64,000 nucleotides of DNA from the NCBI GenBank assembly GCA_963761335.1, contig CAVXGR010000012.1:576001-640000 (forward strand), written 5' to 3'. Both the position numbers and the translations under genes were made by a program. The notes under the pieces are model-generated. The model did not search any database. It was not told the DNA's origin and saw nothing but the letters and a program-made list of their open reading frames with translations. Positions 51,188 through 59,681 of this stretch are shown here, one piece after another; within the stretch, counting starts at the first letter, position 1, and every line of letters begins with the position of its first letter. Source of the DNA: an uncultured delta proteobacterium (GTDB lineage Bacteria > Desulfobacterota > Binatia > HRBIN30 > BPIQ01).

Positions 51188-51384
51188 GGTTTCGATCCCC
51201 CGGATGCCGGCCATCCTACCACGCACCGGCGGCAAAATAGAGGACGCGCGGGCCGTGCCCGTGAGCCGCTCATAGCTGCCCCGGTCCGCATTAGCCGGGC
51301 TTTCTCAAACGAGCTGCGCCCACCGACGCAAGTATCTGTAAACAGGTGACTTTTTGCAAATCCGAGGCTGAAAAAATCGCTGGT

Positions 51385-51413
51385 TTGACATTGCGTTCAG
51401 CCCCCTTTAATGT
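51385..51413 (+). promoter_or_regulatory. Putative sigma70 promoter (TTGACA-N17-TAATGT)
   Basis: Consensus -35, 17-nt spacer, A/T-rich upstream; SD GAGGAG follows. Confidence 0.7.
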
Positions 51414-51446
51414 TGCCGCCGCAGGGCTTTGAGGAGCGGTGCAGAG

Positions 51447-51899
51447 ATGAAGATGATACTCCCCTCGGTGAAAGATCGGCGCCTGATCAAGACCTACCTC
51501 TCGCAGTTCTTTCACACCCATCACTGCGCCGATTTCAACCGCGCCATCTCGGCCATCTGCCGCTTCTACAACCTGCCGCGGCCGCGCGTGGAGTGGTACG
51601 AATACCTCGACTGGGGCCGCACCGCGGGCAAGACCTACGAGGACGGCATGGTCCACCTCGTCCATCCGGAGAACTGGAAGAAGGGTCGCAAGTACAACTC
51701 CGAGCGCCAGTGGATCAACACCGTCTACCACGAGATGGGGCACTTCGTCTTCTGGGCGGACGCCGAGCGCAAGGCCGACACCTTCGCCTTCCGCATGGTG
51801 CGCGGCATCAACGGCCAGCGTCACGGCGCCCAGCGCTCGGCGCCGCGACTCACCAAGATCAAGCAGAGGCGCGCCGCGGCGCGGCGCCGCGCCGCCTGA
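51447..51899 (+). CDS. Small cytoplasmic zincin-like metalloprotein
   Basis: HEMGH followed by AERKAD; no signal peptide; Arg-rich tail. Confidence 0.7.
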   Translation: MKMILPSVKDRRLIKTYLSQFFHTHHCADFNRAISAICRFYNLPRPRVEWYEYLDWGRTAGKTYEDGMVHLVHPENWKKGRKYNSERQWINTVYHEMGHFVFWADAERKADTFAFRMVRGINGQRHGAQRSAPRLTKIKQRRAAARRRAA

Positions 51900-51907
51900 G
51901 CGCGCCG

Positions 51908-52462
51908 ATGGCAGAGGAGAACAAGGACGCCAAGCCGACGGTGGAGAACCGCTGGTGGGCGGAGCTGGGAAACCCCAAGGAAAGGCCGGTCGCCAAGCGC
52001 GACGAGGCCTTTGCCGGCGATCGCTTCTTCAAGATCGCCGAGGGCTACGATCAGGATCGGGCGCGCGACAGCCTGACCGATCAGAACCACCGCCTGCTGG
52101 TTCTCGCCGATCCGCCGGAAGGCAGCTGGGCCTACATGCCGCTGCTCGCCGAGCGCTTTCCGGAGCGCGAGCTCGAGCGCATCAAGCAGAAGCTGGATCT
52201 GCCCGCGTACGCGCGCGGCGTGGTCGTCGACTGCGGGCGCACCATTCGCCTGCTGGTCACCGGCACGCCGATCAACGAGAGAGTCCTGGAGCTGGCGCTG
52301 GTCGAGCCGCCCTCTTTCGACTGCTGGGTGAAGGGTGAGTGGGTGCGCGAGGAGCTCTACGACAACGCCGGCCGCGCCCTGTCGCAGTTCCGCCAGCACA
52401 TCCGCGATTACCTCGCCCCCGAGGCGATCGCGGTCGCCGAGTCGATCCGCGCCCAGGCGTAG
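51908..52462 (+). CDS. Hypothetical protein (184 aa)
   Basis: Natural composition and GC3 bias from ATG 51908; 8 nt after previous stop. Confidence 0.75.
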   Translation: MAEENKDAKPTVENRWWAELGNPKERPVAKRDEAFAGDRFFKIAEGYDQDRARDSLTDQNHRLLVLADPPEGSWAYMPLLAERFPERELERIKQKLDLPAYARGVVVDCGRTIRLLVTGTPINERVLELALVEPPSFDCWVKGEWVREELYDNAGRALSQFRQHIRDYLAPEAIAVAESIRAQA

Positions 52463-52470
52463 ATTGGTTT

Positions 52471-52550
52471 GCGGGTTCTCGGGTTGGCGAGTTGACGGGT
52501 TGAGGGGTCGGCATGACCCGAAAACTCGAAAACCCGCAAGCTCGGCAACT
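52471..52550. repeat. Intergenic 8-bp-period inverted element between convergent genes
   Basis: (CGGGTTNN)-like units facing ACCCGAAA/ACTCGAAA/ACCCGCAA units. Confidence 0.7.
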
Positions 52551-52560
52551 TTCCTCCCCC

Positions 52561-52839
52561 TCACCGCGACTGGAGCCGGCGCGGACCACGGCGGCGGCCG
52601 CCGGCTTCGGCGTCGTACTGCCAGAAGCGGCGTATGCCGAAGTAGTAGCAGCACATGTCGTTGTCCATGTCGTTGTTGAAGGTGCGCTGCTGGCCGTCGC
52701 CGAACATGATGCGCACCAGGCAGGTCCCGCCGGGCACCGAGGAGGTCATCTCTTCGACGACCATGCCGTGACCCCACTCCTCGTAGTTCCGGTGCAGCAC
52801 CTTGTCGCCAAGGCGAAGATATAGGCGCTTGTCCTGCAT
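52561..52839 (-). CDS. Small SH3/Tudor-like protein (DUF3553-like)
   Basis: GDKVLH-x4-WGHG-x-V...VRIMF-x-DG pattern. Confidence 0.65.
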   Translation of the reverse strand: MQDKRLYLRLGDKVLHRNYEEWGHGMVVEEMTSSVPGGTCLVRIMFGDGQQRTFNNDMDNDMCCYYFGIRRFWQYDAEAGGRRRGPRRLQSR

Positions 52840-53002
52840 GCAAAAGCTCGTGGGAGGCCTTTTTTTAGCACCATCGAAATTCGGGTTAAAGCCCTCGCTG
52901 CGGGCCGAGCCGCATGTCTCACAATCTTCTTCGCCCTCATTTCTTCCTTGACAGCAAAGTTCTGCGGAGCGACCCTAGCGAAAGTCCGTAGTTACCCTAG
53001 CC

Positions 53003-53755
53003 ATGGTTCGAGCCCTCTACCTCCTCTACGTCTACGCCGCGATCGGTTTCTGGACCGTCATGCTGGCGCCGTCGGCGCTGATCGTGCTCTTGGTCAGCGG
53101 CTCGCACCGCGCCTGTCACTGGCTGCACGCGCGCCTCTGGGGAAAGCTGATTCTCTCGTCCTGCGGGGTGCGCCTGCGCGTCCATGGCCTCGATCGCCTG
53201 GATCCCGGGGGATCCTACGTCTTCATGGTCAACCACGGCTCCCATTTCAGTGGCTGCGCCGTGGCCGCGGCCCTCCCGTTTCAGTGGCGGGCGGAGCTGG
53301 CGCGGCAGCTGCGCGCCCTTCCGATCCTCTCCCGCATCGTCCGCCTCGCCGGGCACCTCTTCGTGGAGAGTGAAGCCGAGCCGGGGCGAGCGGCAGACGC
53401 CGGCGCCGACGGCCATCTGGCCAGCGGCATCTCCGTGCTGGTGTTCCCGGAGGGCGCACCCTACGACGACCTCGGCCCCCTGCCCTTCCGCCGCGGCGGC
53501 TTCGAGCTTGCGATTCGCGCCGGCGCCCACATCGTGCCGCTGACCGTGGTCGAGAGCCGGCGACCGACGGCCCCCGGGCGCCTCATCGACCTCTTCGTCG
53601 ATCATCCGCTGCCCGCCGCCGAGCACGGCGCCGCGGAGATCTCGCGCCTCATGCGTTCGGTGAGCAGCTCGATGCAGCGGCACCTGCAGCCCGGCCGCCG
53701 GCAGACCGAATCCTCCGATTGGCCGGCGATCGCCCCGACACAGACCGCTCACTGA
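53003..53755 (+). CDS. PlsC-like lysophospholipid acyltransferase with degenerate catalytic motif
   Basis: V-x-G-x-DRL, VNHGS, VFPEG, PF-x2-GGF, IVP; HX4D reads HGSHFS. Confidence 0.75.
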   Translation: MVRALYLLYVYAAIGFWTVMLAPSALIVLLVSGSHRACHWLHARLWGKLILSSCGVRLRVHGLDRLDPGGSYVFMVNHGSHFSGCAVAAALPFQWRAELARQLRALPILSRIVRLAGHLFVESEAEPGRAADAGADGHLASGISVLVFPEGAPYDDLGPLPFRRGGFELAIRAGAHIVPLTVVESRRPTAPGRLIDLFVDHPLPAAEHGAAEISRLMRSVSSSMQRHLQPGRRQTESSDWPAIAPTQTAH

Positions 53756-53791
53756 TAGCACCGCGCCAAGGGCGCCCGGCCTCGCCGGCGC

Positions 53792-55579
53792 TCAGCTCGC
53801 CGCCTCACAGCGGCCGTCGTGACAGGTCCCGGGGCTGGCGCCGAGCTTGCAGGTGATGCCGTCGGGGGCAGGCTGGCTCTCGCAGCCGCTGTCCCCGTGG
53901 AAATCGTAGGTGCACGCATCGCCGTCGTCGCACGTCTCCGCAGGACAGTCCGCAGCCTCCGGCAGGCAGAAGGCGTGGATGGCGCTCGGCATCAGCGACG
54001 TCTGGAAGGCGGCCTCCGCCGGCGAGCCGCCGCGGGCTCCGGTGCCGGCGCCGACGAAGATCTCACCTTCGTCGACCGCGACCCCCGAGGAGACCGGGCC
54101 ACCGAGGTTGAAGCGCTTCAGCAGGGCGCCGCTGCTGGCGTCGAAGGCGTCCACGAACCCGGCGATGCTGCCGCTGAAGACCACTCCGGGGATCGCCGTG
54201 GTCGGCGAGAAGCTCGGCAGGACGTCGGCGTTCGACCAGAGGATCACACCATCGGCAGCGCCGAGCGCCCAGGCCGACGGCGACTGCAGCGCCTCGATCG
54301 ACACGCCGATGGCAGTTCCGAAGTAGACCCGGCCTTCGCCGGCGGCGGCGCTGGCGATGACACCGCCGATCGCCCCTCCGGGGACCACCTTGGTCGACCA
54401 GTAGGGCTCGACCCGTCCGCTCATCTCGTTCACCCCGTCGCGGTCGAGCAGATAATAGGTGCCGTCCTTGTTGCCGACCCCGACCACCTCGCGCGCGGCG
54501 CCGCCGATCTCGGCGGTGAACAGATTGGGCACGCCGCCGAAGGCCAGATCGTGGTTGTCGACCTGGCGCGGGCGCCACACCCAGGCCGGATCCCCGTCGA
54601 AGGTCAGGGCGAAGATCGCCTCGTCGTAGGGAGGCATCGGCGGCGGCGGCAGCAGGGTGTTCGGATCGCTGTCGGTGTCGCAGTTGCTGGAAGCCGTGTA
54701 CAGCAGCCGCCGCCCCGGATCGACGGCGAACGAGGACCAAACGTTGCCGCACCCCGTACCGCTGCGGTCGAAGTCGCATCCGGGGCGGCTGGCGAAGAAA
54801 TCCGCCGGCAGGCCGAGGGCGGCCGCGGAGTGGTAGCCGTCGAAGCGGTGCACCTGGTCGGCGGCATACGGCCGGCACGTCGCACCGCTCTCCAAATCGA
54901 AGAACCACACCAGGTGACCGTCCAGCGCATCGACGGCGTAGGCGCCGCCCTTGCCGCCGGCGTCGTCATTGACATCCATGCCGAAGTAGACGAGACCGCC
55001 GACCACCGTCGGCGAAGAGAGGACCTCATTGCGCTCCGTCTTGTCGTCGCAGGTGGTGCAGCCGGTGCCGGCGTCGAACTGCCACAGGAGCGCCCCGCTC
55101 GCCGCCTCCAGGCAGTACACGGTCATGCCGCCGGCCACGTAGACCCGCTGCCCGCCGTCGATGCGCGTGACCTCGGCCGACGAGGCCTGCGGAAAAGAGG
55201 CCCCGGGGTGCGGCTTCATGGCGAACCGCCAGACCGGCGTGCCGTTGGAGGCCCGCAGCGCGTAGACATAGCCGTCCCACGAGGCGGCGATGACCGTCCT
55301 GACCTCCCCCTCGTCCGGCAGCTCCAGCCGCGCCACCGTCGGCGATGCCGTGATCACGGCACCGGTCAGGTAGCGCCACTTCAGACGCATCGAGGCGACG
55401 TTGCCGGCGGCGATACGCGTCTCGTTGCCGTTGAAGAAGGTGCGCTGCTGGCTGTAGCCGTAGGTCGCCTCGACGGTGCTCGGCACCGCTTCGACGCGGT
55501 TGCCGGACTCGCCGCAGGCGCTGAGCAGCGCCATTGCCAGAACCGCGGCCGCCCAGCTGTCGAAGCGCACCCCCTGCAT
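53792..55579 (-). CDS. PQQ-binding-like beta-propeller lipoprotein with Cys-rich C-terminus
   Basis: Lipobox LSAC; repeated A-x-D/E-x3-G-x3-W blades; VWSS-x-AVD; CDDGDACT tail. Confidence 0.75.
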   Translation of the reverse strand: MQGVRFDSWAAAVLAMALLSACGESGNRVEAVPSTVEATYGYSQQRTFFNGNETRIAAGNVASMRLKWRYLTGAVITASPTVARLELPDEGEVRTVIAASWDGYVYALRASNGTPVWRFAMKPHPGASFPQASSAEVTRIDGGQRVYVAGGMTVYCLEAASGALLWQFDAGTGCTTCDDKTERNEVLSSPTVVGGLVYFGMDVNDDAGGKGGAYAVDALDGHLVWFFDLESGATCRPYAADQVHRFDGYHSAAALGLPADFFASRPGCDFDRSGTGCGNVWSSFAVDPGRRLLYTASSNCDTDSDPNTLLPPPPMPPYDEAIFALTFDGDPAWVWRPRQVDNHDLAFGGVPNLFTAEIGGAAREVVGVGNKDGTYYLLDRDGVNEMSGRVEPYWSTKVVPGGAIGGVIASAAAGEGRVYFGTAIGVSIEALQSPSAWALGAADGVILWSNADVLPSFSPTTAIPGVVFSGSIAGFVDAFDASSGALLKRFNLGGPVSSGVAVDEGEIFVGAGTGARGGSPAEAAFQTSLMPSAIHAFCLPEAADCPAETCDDGDACTYDFHGDSGCESQPAPDGITCKLGASPGTCHDGRCEAAS

Positions 55580-55635
55580 GCCCGCCTGGGCCGTAGCCCA
55601 GGCGCCGAGACGCTGTCAAGCGAAACGGTTGCCCG

Positions 55636-56065
55636 GTAGTGGAGGATTTTGAAATGAAACGCGGTCAACTTCGATCAACCACAACCCCCGCTTCGTTGAG
55701 TTGAACCCGACTTCCCCAGGTTGCATCTGTAGCCTTGAGCTCGGAGATCATTCGCCCCGGAGGGGCGCAGGCGTGTAGCCCCGGGTCGGAGACCCGGGGA
55801 TCCCGAAGTCAGACGTCCGTTGGCGCCCCGCCAGGGGCGCAGGCGCGGTTTTGACACAGGTCTCTGCACCCGGGCTTGCACGCCTGCGCCCCTGGCGGGG
55901 CGCACCGGGGAAGGCGGACCCGGGATCCCCGGGTCTCCGACCCGGGGCTACATGCCTGCGCCGCTTCGCGGCGCGATCCCCCAGCCCAAGGTAGGTCGTG
56001 GGGGATTTTGATTGGTAAGGAGATCATTGAAACGAAACGCGGTTGATCTCAAGATCCACCACTAC
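55636..56065. mobile_element. Non-coding MITE/REPIN-like element, copy 1 (430 bp)
   Basis: Ends GTAGTGGAGGAT.../...ATCCACCACTAC with imperfect terminal inverted repeats; nested internal palindromes; close match to copy 2. Confidence 0.8.
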
Positions 56066-56108
56066 TGGTTGCCGGGAGTGCGGCAGCCAGGCTGCCGCGC
56101 CTCCGCAT

Positions 56109-57329
56109 CTACGAGGGCTGGTTGACCACCTCTTCGATCGCCGCCTCCCCGGCGTCGCCGGCGATCAGCTCCATCTCGCCGGTGCGCAGCACGCGAAAGC
56201 GGCGGCCGCTCCACCACACGGTGTTGCCGGCGAAGGCGGTGAAGAACACCGCCGACATGAACAGGTCCTTGACCGGCACCAGGGCGATCTGCGGCAGCCG
56301 CAGATCGCTGCGCAGAAACCGCCAGGAGATCAGGCCGACGCTGGCCATCCGCCAGGCGACCAGCGCCATCGAGGCGCAGATTGCCGCGGCGCTGAAACCG
56401 CCGACCACGAGGTTGAGCAGCGCAAACAAGGTGCCGTGGGTGACCACGGTGGCGAAGTAGCTCAGCGGACGGACGCTGCGAAAGGTGCGCGCCCAGCGCA
56501 GCTGGTGCTGGAAGAGCCGCTTGAGCGAGCCGAGACTGAGGACCGTCTCGACGACGCAGTCGCTGAGCCACAGCTTCAGCCCGCGACTCGCCACCCGGTG
56601 ACCGAGGAAGTAGTCGTCGGCGAGCAGGTCGGCAACGGCGCGGAAGCCGCCGATCTGCTCCAGCGTCGAACGGCGGATGGCCATGCTGGCGCCGAAGGCA
56701 TAGGTCGGCTGCTCGACGACGCGGGCGACCAGAACCTGATGGCAGAAGTCGGTGTTGATGAAGAGAGCGTCGAGCTCGGTGGCCAGGCCGTCGGCCGCCA
56801 CGGCGCGGTAGAGACAGCTGACCAGCCCGATGCTCTCGTCGCGCAGCGGCGCCACCACACGCGCCAGGTAGTCCGGCGGAACGCGAATGTCGCTGTCGGA
56901 GAGGACGATGACCTCGTGCTTCGCCTCGGCCATCATATTGATCAGGTTCGAGACCTTGTAGTTGGTCCCGTGGATGCGGCCGTCGATCACCAGGGCGATG
57001 TCGAGATCCCGAAACTCGCGCTGCAGGCGGCGCACCACGGCGGCCGCCGGGTCGCTCGCCGAAGCGACGCCGCAGACGATCTGGAAGCGCGGATAGGCCT
57101 GGCGACAGAAGGTGCGCAGGTTCTCGTAGAGGTCGCGGTCGAGCCCCTTGAGCGGCTTGAGAATCGTCACTCCCGGGGACCAGCCGTCGCTGGGGCAGTC
57201 CTCGGGGCGCCGCTGCCGGAAGAATGACCAGGCGCCGTATGCGGCCATTCCGTAGAACCACGCCGCCACAGCCATCCCGATCCACACCACCAGCTGTATC
57301 ACCGATAGATCCGCCACGATCTTGGTCAT
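56109..57329 (-). CDS. hpnI: Hopanoid biosynthesis-associated glycosyltransferase HpnI (ceramide glucosyltransferase-like)
   Basis: ILKPLKG, NL-x-TFC-x-Q-x-YP, NYKVSNL, DSD, LADDY, QLRWART. Confidence 0.85.
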   Translation of the reverse strand: MTKIVADLSVIQLVVWIGMAVAAWFYGMAAYGAWSFFRQRRPEDCPSDGWSPGVTILKPLKGLDRDLYENLRTFCRQAYPRFQIVCGVASASDPAAAVVRRLQREFRDLDIALVIDGRIHGTNYKVSNLINMMAEAKHEVIVLSDSDIRVPPDYLARVVAPLRDESIGLVSCLYRAVAADGLATELDALFINTDFCHQVLVARVVEQPTYAFGASMAIRRSTLEQIGGFRAVADLLADDYFLGHRVASRGLKLWLSDCVVETVLSLGSLKRLFQHQLRWARTFRSVRPLSYFATVVTHGTLFALLNLVVGGFSAAAICASMALVAWRMASVGLISWRFLRSDLRLPQIALVPVKDLFMSAVFFTAFAGNTVWWSGRRFRVLRTGEMELIAGDAGEAAIEEVVNQPS

Positions 57330-57364
57330 CCGCCTCCGCTTAACCCACCGGTCAGGCGCGTCTC

Positions 57365-57395
57365 AAAAAAAAGCCCGCGCAACGCCGGTGCGGGT
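57365..57395 (-). terminator. Possible intrinsic terminator/attenuator upstream of hpnI
   Basis: Minus strand CCCGC...GCGGG stem followed by T8; stem is short. Confidence 0.35.
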
Positions 57396-57452
57396 GATCT
57401 GGCGTCTGCTCTATCTCCCCGCCCGACCGGAGTCAATTGCCCCCCGGGGACG

Positions 57453-57916
57453 GTAGTGGGGGATTTCGAAATGAAACGCGGTCAACTTCGCTCCACCACA
57501 ACCCCGCTTCGTCGAGTTGAACCCGACTTCCCCAGGTTGCATCTGTGGCCGGGAGCGAGGAGGTCATTCGCCCCGGAGGGGCGCAGGCGTGTAGCCCCGG
57601 GTTGGAGACCCGGGGAGCCCGAAGTCAACGTCTGTTGGCGCCCCGCCAGGGGCGCGGGCGCGGTTTTGACACAGGCCTCTGCCCCCCGGGCTTGCACGCC
57701 TGCGCCCCTGGCGGGGCGCATCGGGGAAGGCGGACCCTCGATCCCCGGGTCTCCGACCCGGGGCTACATGCCTGCGCCGCTTCGCGGCGCGATCCCCCAG
57801 CCCATGCCTGCGCCGCTCGCGGCGCGATCCCCCAGCCCAAGTTGGGTCGTGGGGGATTTTGACCGATAAGGATGATTTCGAAATGAAACGCGGTTGATCT
57901 CAAGATCCACCACTAC
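57453..57916. mobile_element. Non-coding MITE/REPIN-like element, copy 2 (464 bp; internal ~35-bp duplication)
   Basis: Same ends and orientation as copy 1; CATGCCTGCGCCGCT...CCCCCAGCC occurs twice in tandem. Confidence 0.8.
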
Positions 57917-57950
57917 TCCGGGGACCGCGGCCGTTTCTGCCGCAAGCGGC

Positions 57951-59681
57951 TCACGCCGCCATGCGACCTGCCATGCGCAGCGCCAAGGCGATGATGGTCA
58001 GGGTCGGGTTGTAGCCGGAGCTGCTGGCAAAGACGCCGCCGTCGGCGCAGTAGAGATTGTCGAGGTCGTGGAACTTGCCGAAGGCGTCGCACACCGACGA
58101 CTGCGGATCGTTTCCCATGCGCAGAGTGCCCATGACGTGCCGCGACTGCGAGGGGTTGTCGGGTGGCGCGATGAAGCCGAACTGCGCCCCGGCGCGGCCG
58201 AGCACCTCGACCATCTTCGGCTTGTAGTAGTCGGCGGCGTCGAGCTCGTAGCGGTGGCTGCTGTAGGTCACCCGCGGCACCGGCAGGCCGTAGACGTCGC
58301 GCACCTCGGGATCGAGGTCGACGCGGTTGGACAGCTGCGGGGCGTCCTCCGCCTGCATCTCCATCACGGCGATGTGATCGCGGAAGGGGCTCTCGAGCAT
58401 CAGCCGCTTCAGCGTCACCCCGGGCGCGATCTGGCGCGCAATGGCCACCACGTCGACGTTGCTCTTGGCCTCGACGATCACCTCCGAGTTGGTGCCGAAC
58501 TCGATGATGCCGCCGAGCGGCCGGCCCTCCTCGGCCAGCGCCGTTCCTCCCGGAGCCACGCCGCGGAAGTCGCTCATGCCGTTGGTGACCGACTGGCCGC
58601 GCTCGCCGTGCAGCCGCTGCCGAAAGATGCCGACCGCGATCGTCTGGCGGTGGAACATCAGATTGCGCCCCACCATGCCGCTGCTGTTCCCCAAGCCGTC
58701 GCCACCCGGATCGGACAGCAAGCAGAGGCGCGCACTCTCGATCGGGCTGGCGGCGAGCACGAAGCGGTCGGCGGACACCGTCTGCGGCGCGCCGCTGTCG
58801 TCGATGTACTCGACCCCGGTGACCTGGCGGCCGCTGAAGATCAGCCGCGTCGCGAAGCAGTTGTAGCGCACCTGGCAGCGCCCGCTCAGCAGGGCCTTGC
58901 GCAGAGTGGTGACCGCCCCCGATCCCTTCGAGTTGTTGGGGCAACCGTAGCCGCTGCACAGGCCGCAGCTCACGCAGGCCGGACGACCGTCGTAGGGGCG
59001 AGTGTTGATCGCCGCCGGGTAGTTGAACGGCGTGTACCCCGCCAGTCGGGCACCCTCGGAGAGCACCAGGGCGACGTACATGGGCGCGTTCGCCGGCATC
59101 GGAAACCCGGCGCTGCGCCGCGAGGCAAAGGGATCGTCGCCCGTCTCGCCGCCGCCGCCGGAGACTCCGGAGAGGCGCTCCGCCTCGACGTAGAACTCCT
59201 CGAGCTCGTCGTAGGACAGCGGCCAGTCCGCGAAGTTGGCGCCGTCGTATACTCGGCCGGCGTCGCGCAGCGCCGATGCCAGGCGGAAGTCGATCTCGTT
59301 GAGGCGCGGCGTCTTCATGTCGGCGTGCACCCAGGCGCCGCCGACCGTCCGACCGAGGGTGTTCACGTCGGGGTGCGGCTGCGCCGCGGCGCTCTCGCTC
59401 TGCCGATAGGTGCGCGGCTCCAGGATCGGATCCTGCGTGCCGAAATAGCGGTAGGTCATCTTCAGCTCGTCGCTGCCGAAGAGCGGCACCGGCATCCCCG
59501 CTCGCGGGTCGTCGAGTCCGGGGAAGTAGTTGTTCCCCGCCTCCAGCACCAGCACGTTGAGCCCGGCGGCGGTGAGCACGTGCGCCGTCGCCGAGCCGCC
59601 CGGCCCGCTGCCGACGATCACCGCGTCGAAGCGGCTGAGCGCGGTGTTGCCGAGAACCCCGTCGACTGCCGAGCCGCTCAC
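57951..59681 (-). CDS. GMC-family FAD oxidoreductase (gluconate 2-dehydrogenase alpha-like)
   Basis: VGSGPGG, CVSCGLCSGYGCP, GRNLMFH, HVMGTLRMG, NPTLTI; GTG overlaps upstream stop. Confidence 0.9.
   Translation of the reverse strand: MSGSAVDGVLGNTALSRFDAVIVGSGPGGSATAHVLTAAGLNVLVLEAGNNYFPGLDDPRAGMPVPLFGSDELKMTYRYFGTQDPILEPRTYRQSESAAAQPHPDVNTLGRTVGGAWVHADMKTPRLNEIDFRLASALRDAGRVYDGANFADWPLSYDELEEFYVEAERLSGVSGGGGETGDDPFASRRSAGFPMPANAPMYVALVLSEGARLAGYTPFNYPAAINTRPYDGRPACVSCGLCSGYGCPNNSKGSGAVTTLRKALLSGRCQVRYNCFATRLIFSGRQVTGVEYIDDSGAPQTVSADRFVLAASPIESARLCLLSDPGGDGLGNSSGMVGRNLMFHRQTIAVGIFRQRLHGERGQSVTNGMSDFRGVAPGGTALAEEGRPLGGIIEFGTNSEVIVEAKSNVDVVAIARQIAPGVTLKRLMLESPFRDHIAVMEMQAEDAPQLSNRVDLDPEVRDVYGLPVPRVTYSSHRYELDAADYYKPKMVEVLGRAGAQFGFIAPPDNPSQSRHVMGTLRMGNDPQSSVCDAFGKFHDLDNLYCADGGVFASSSGYNPTLTIIALALRMAGRMAA

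Noticed and set aside
55675..57903. Small ORFs inside the two large repeat elements
   Set aside because: Arise from palindromic GC-rich sequence; not conserved in frame between copies; no transposase motifs
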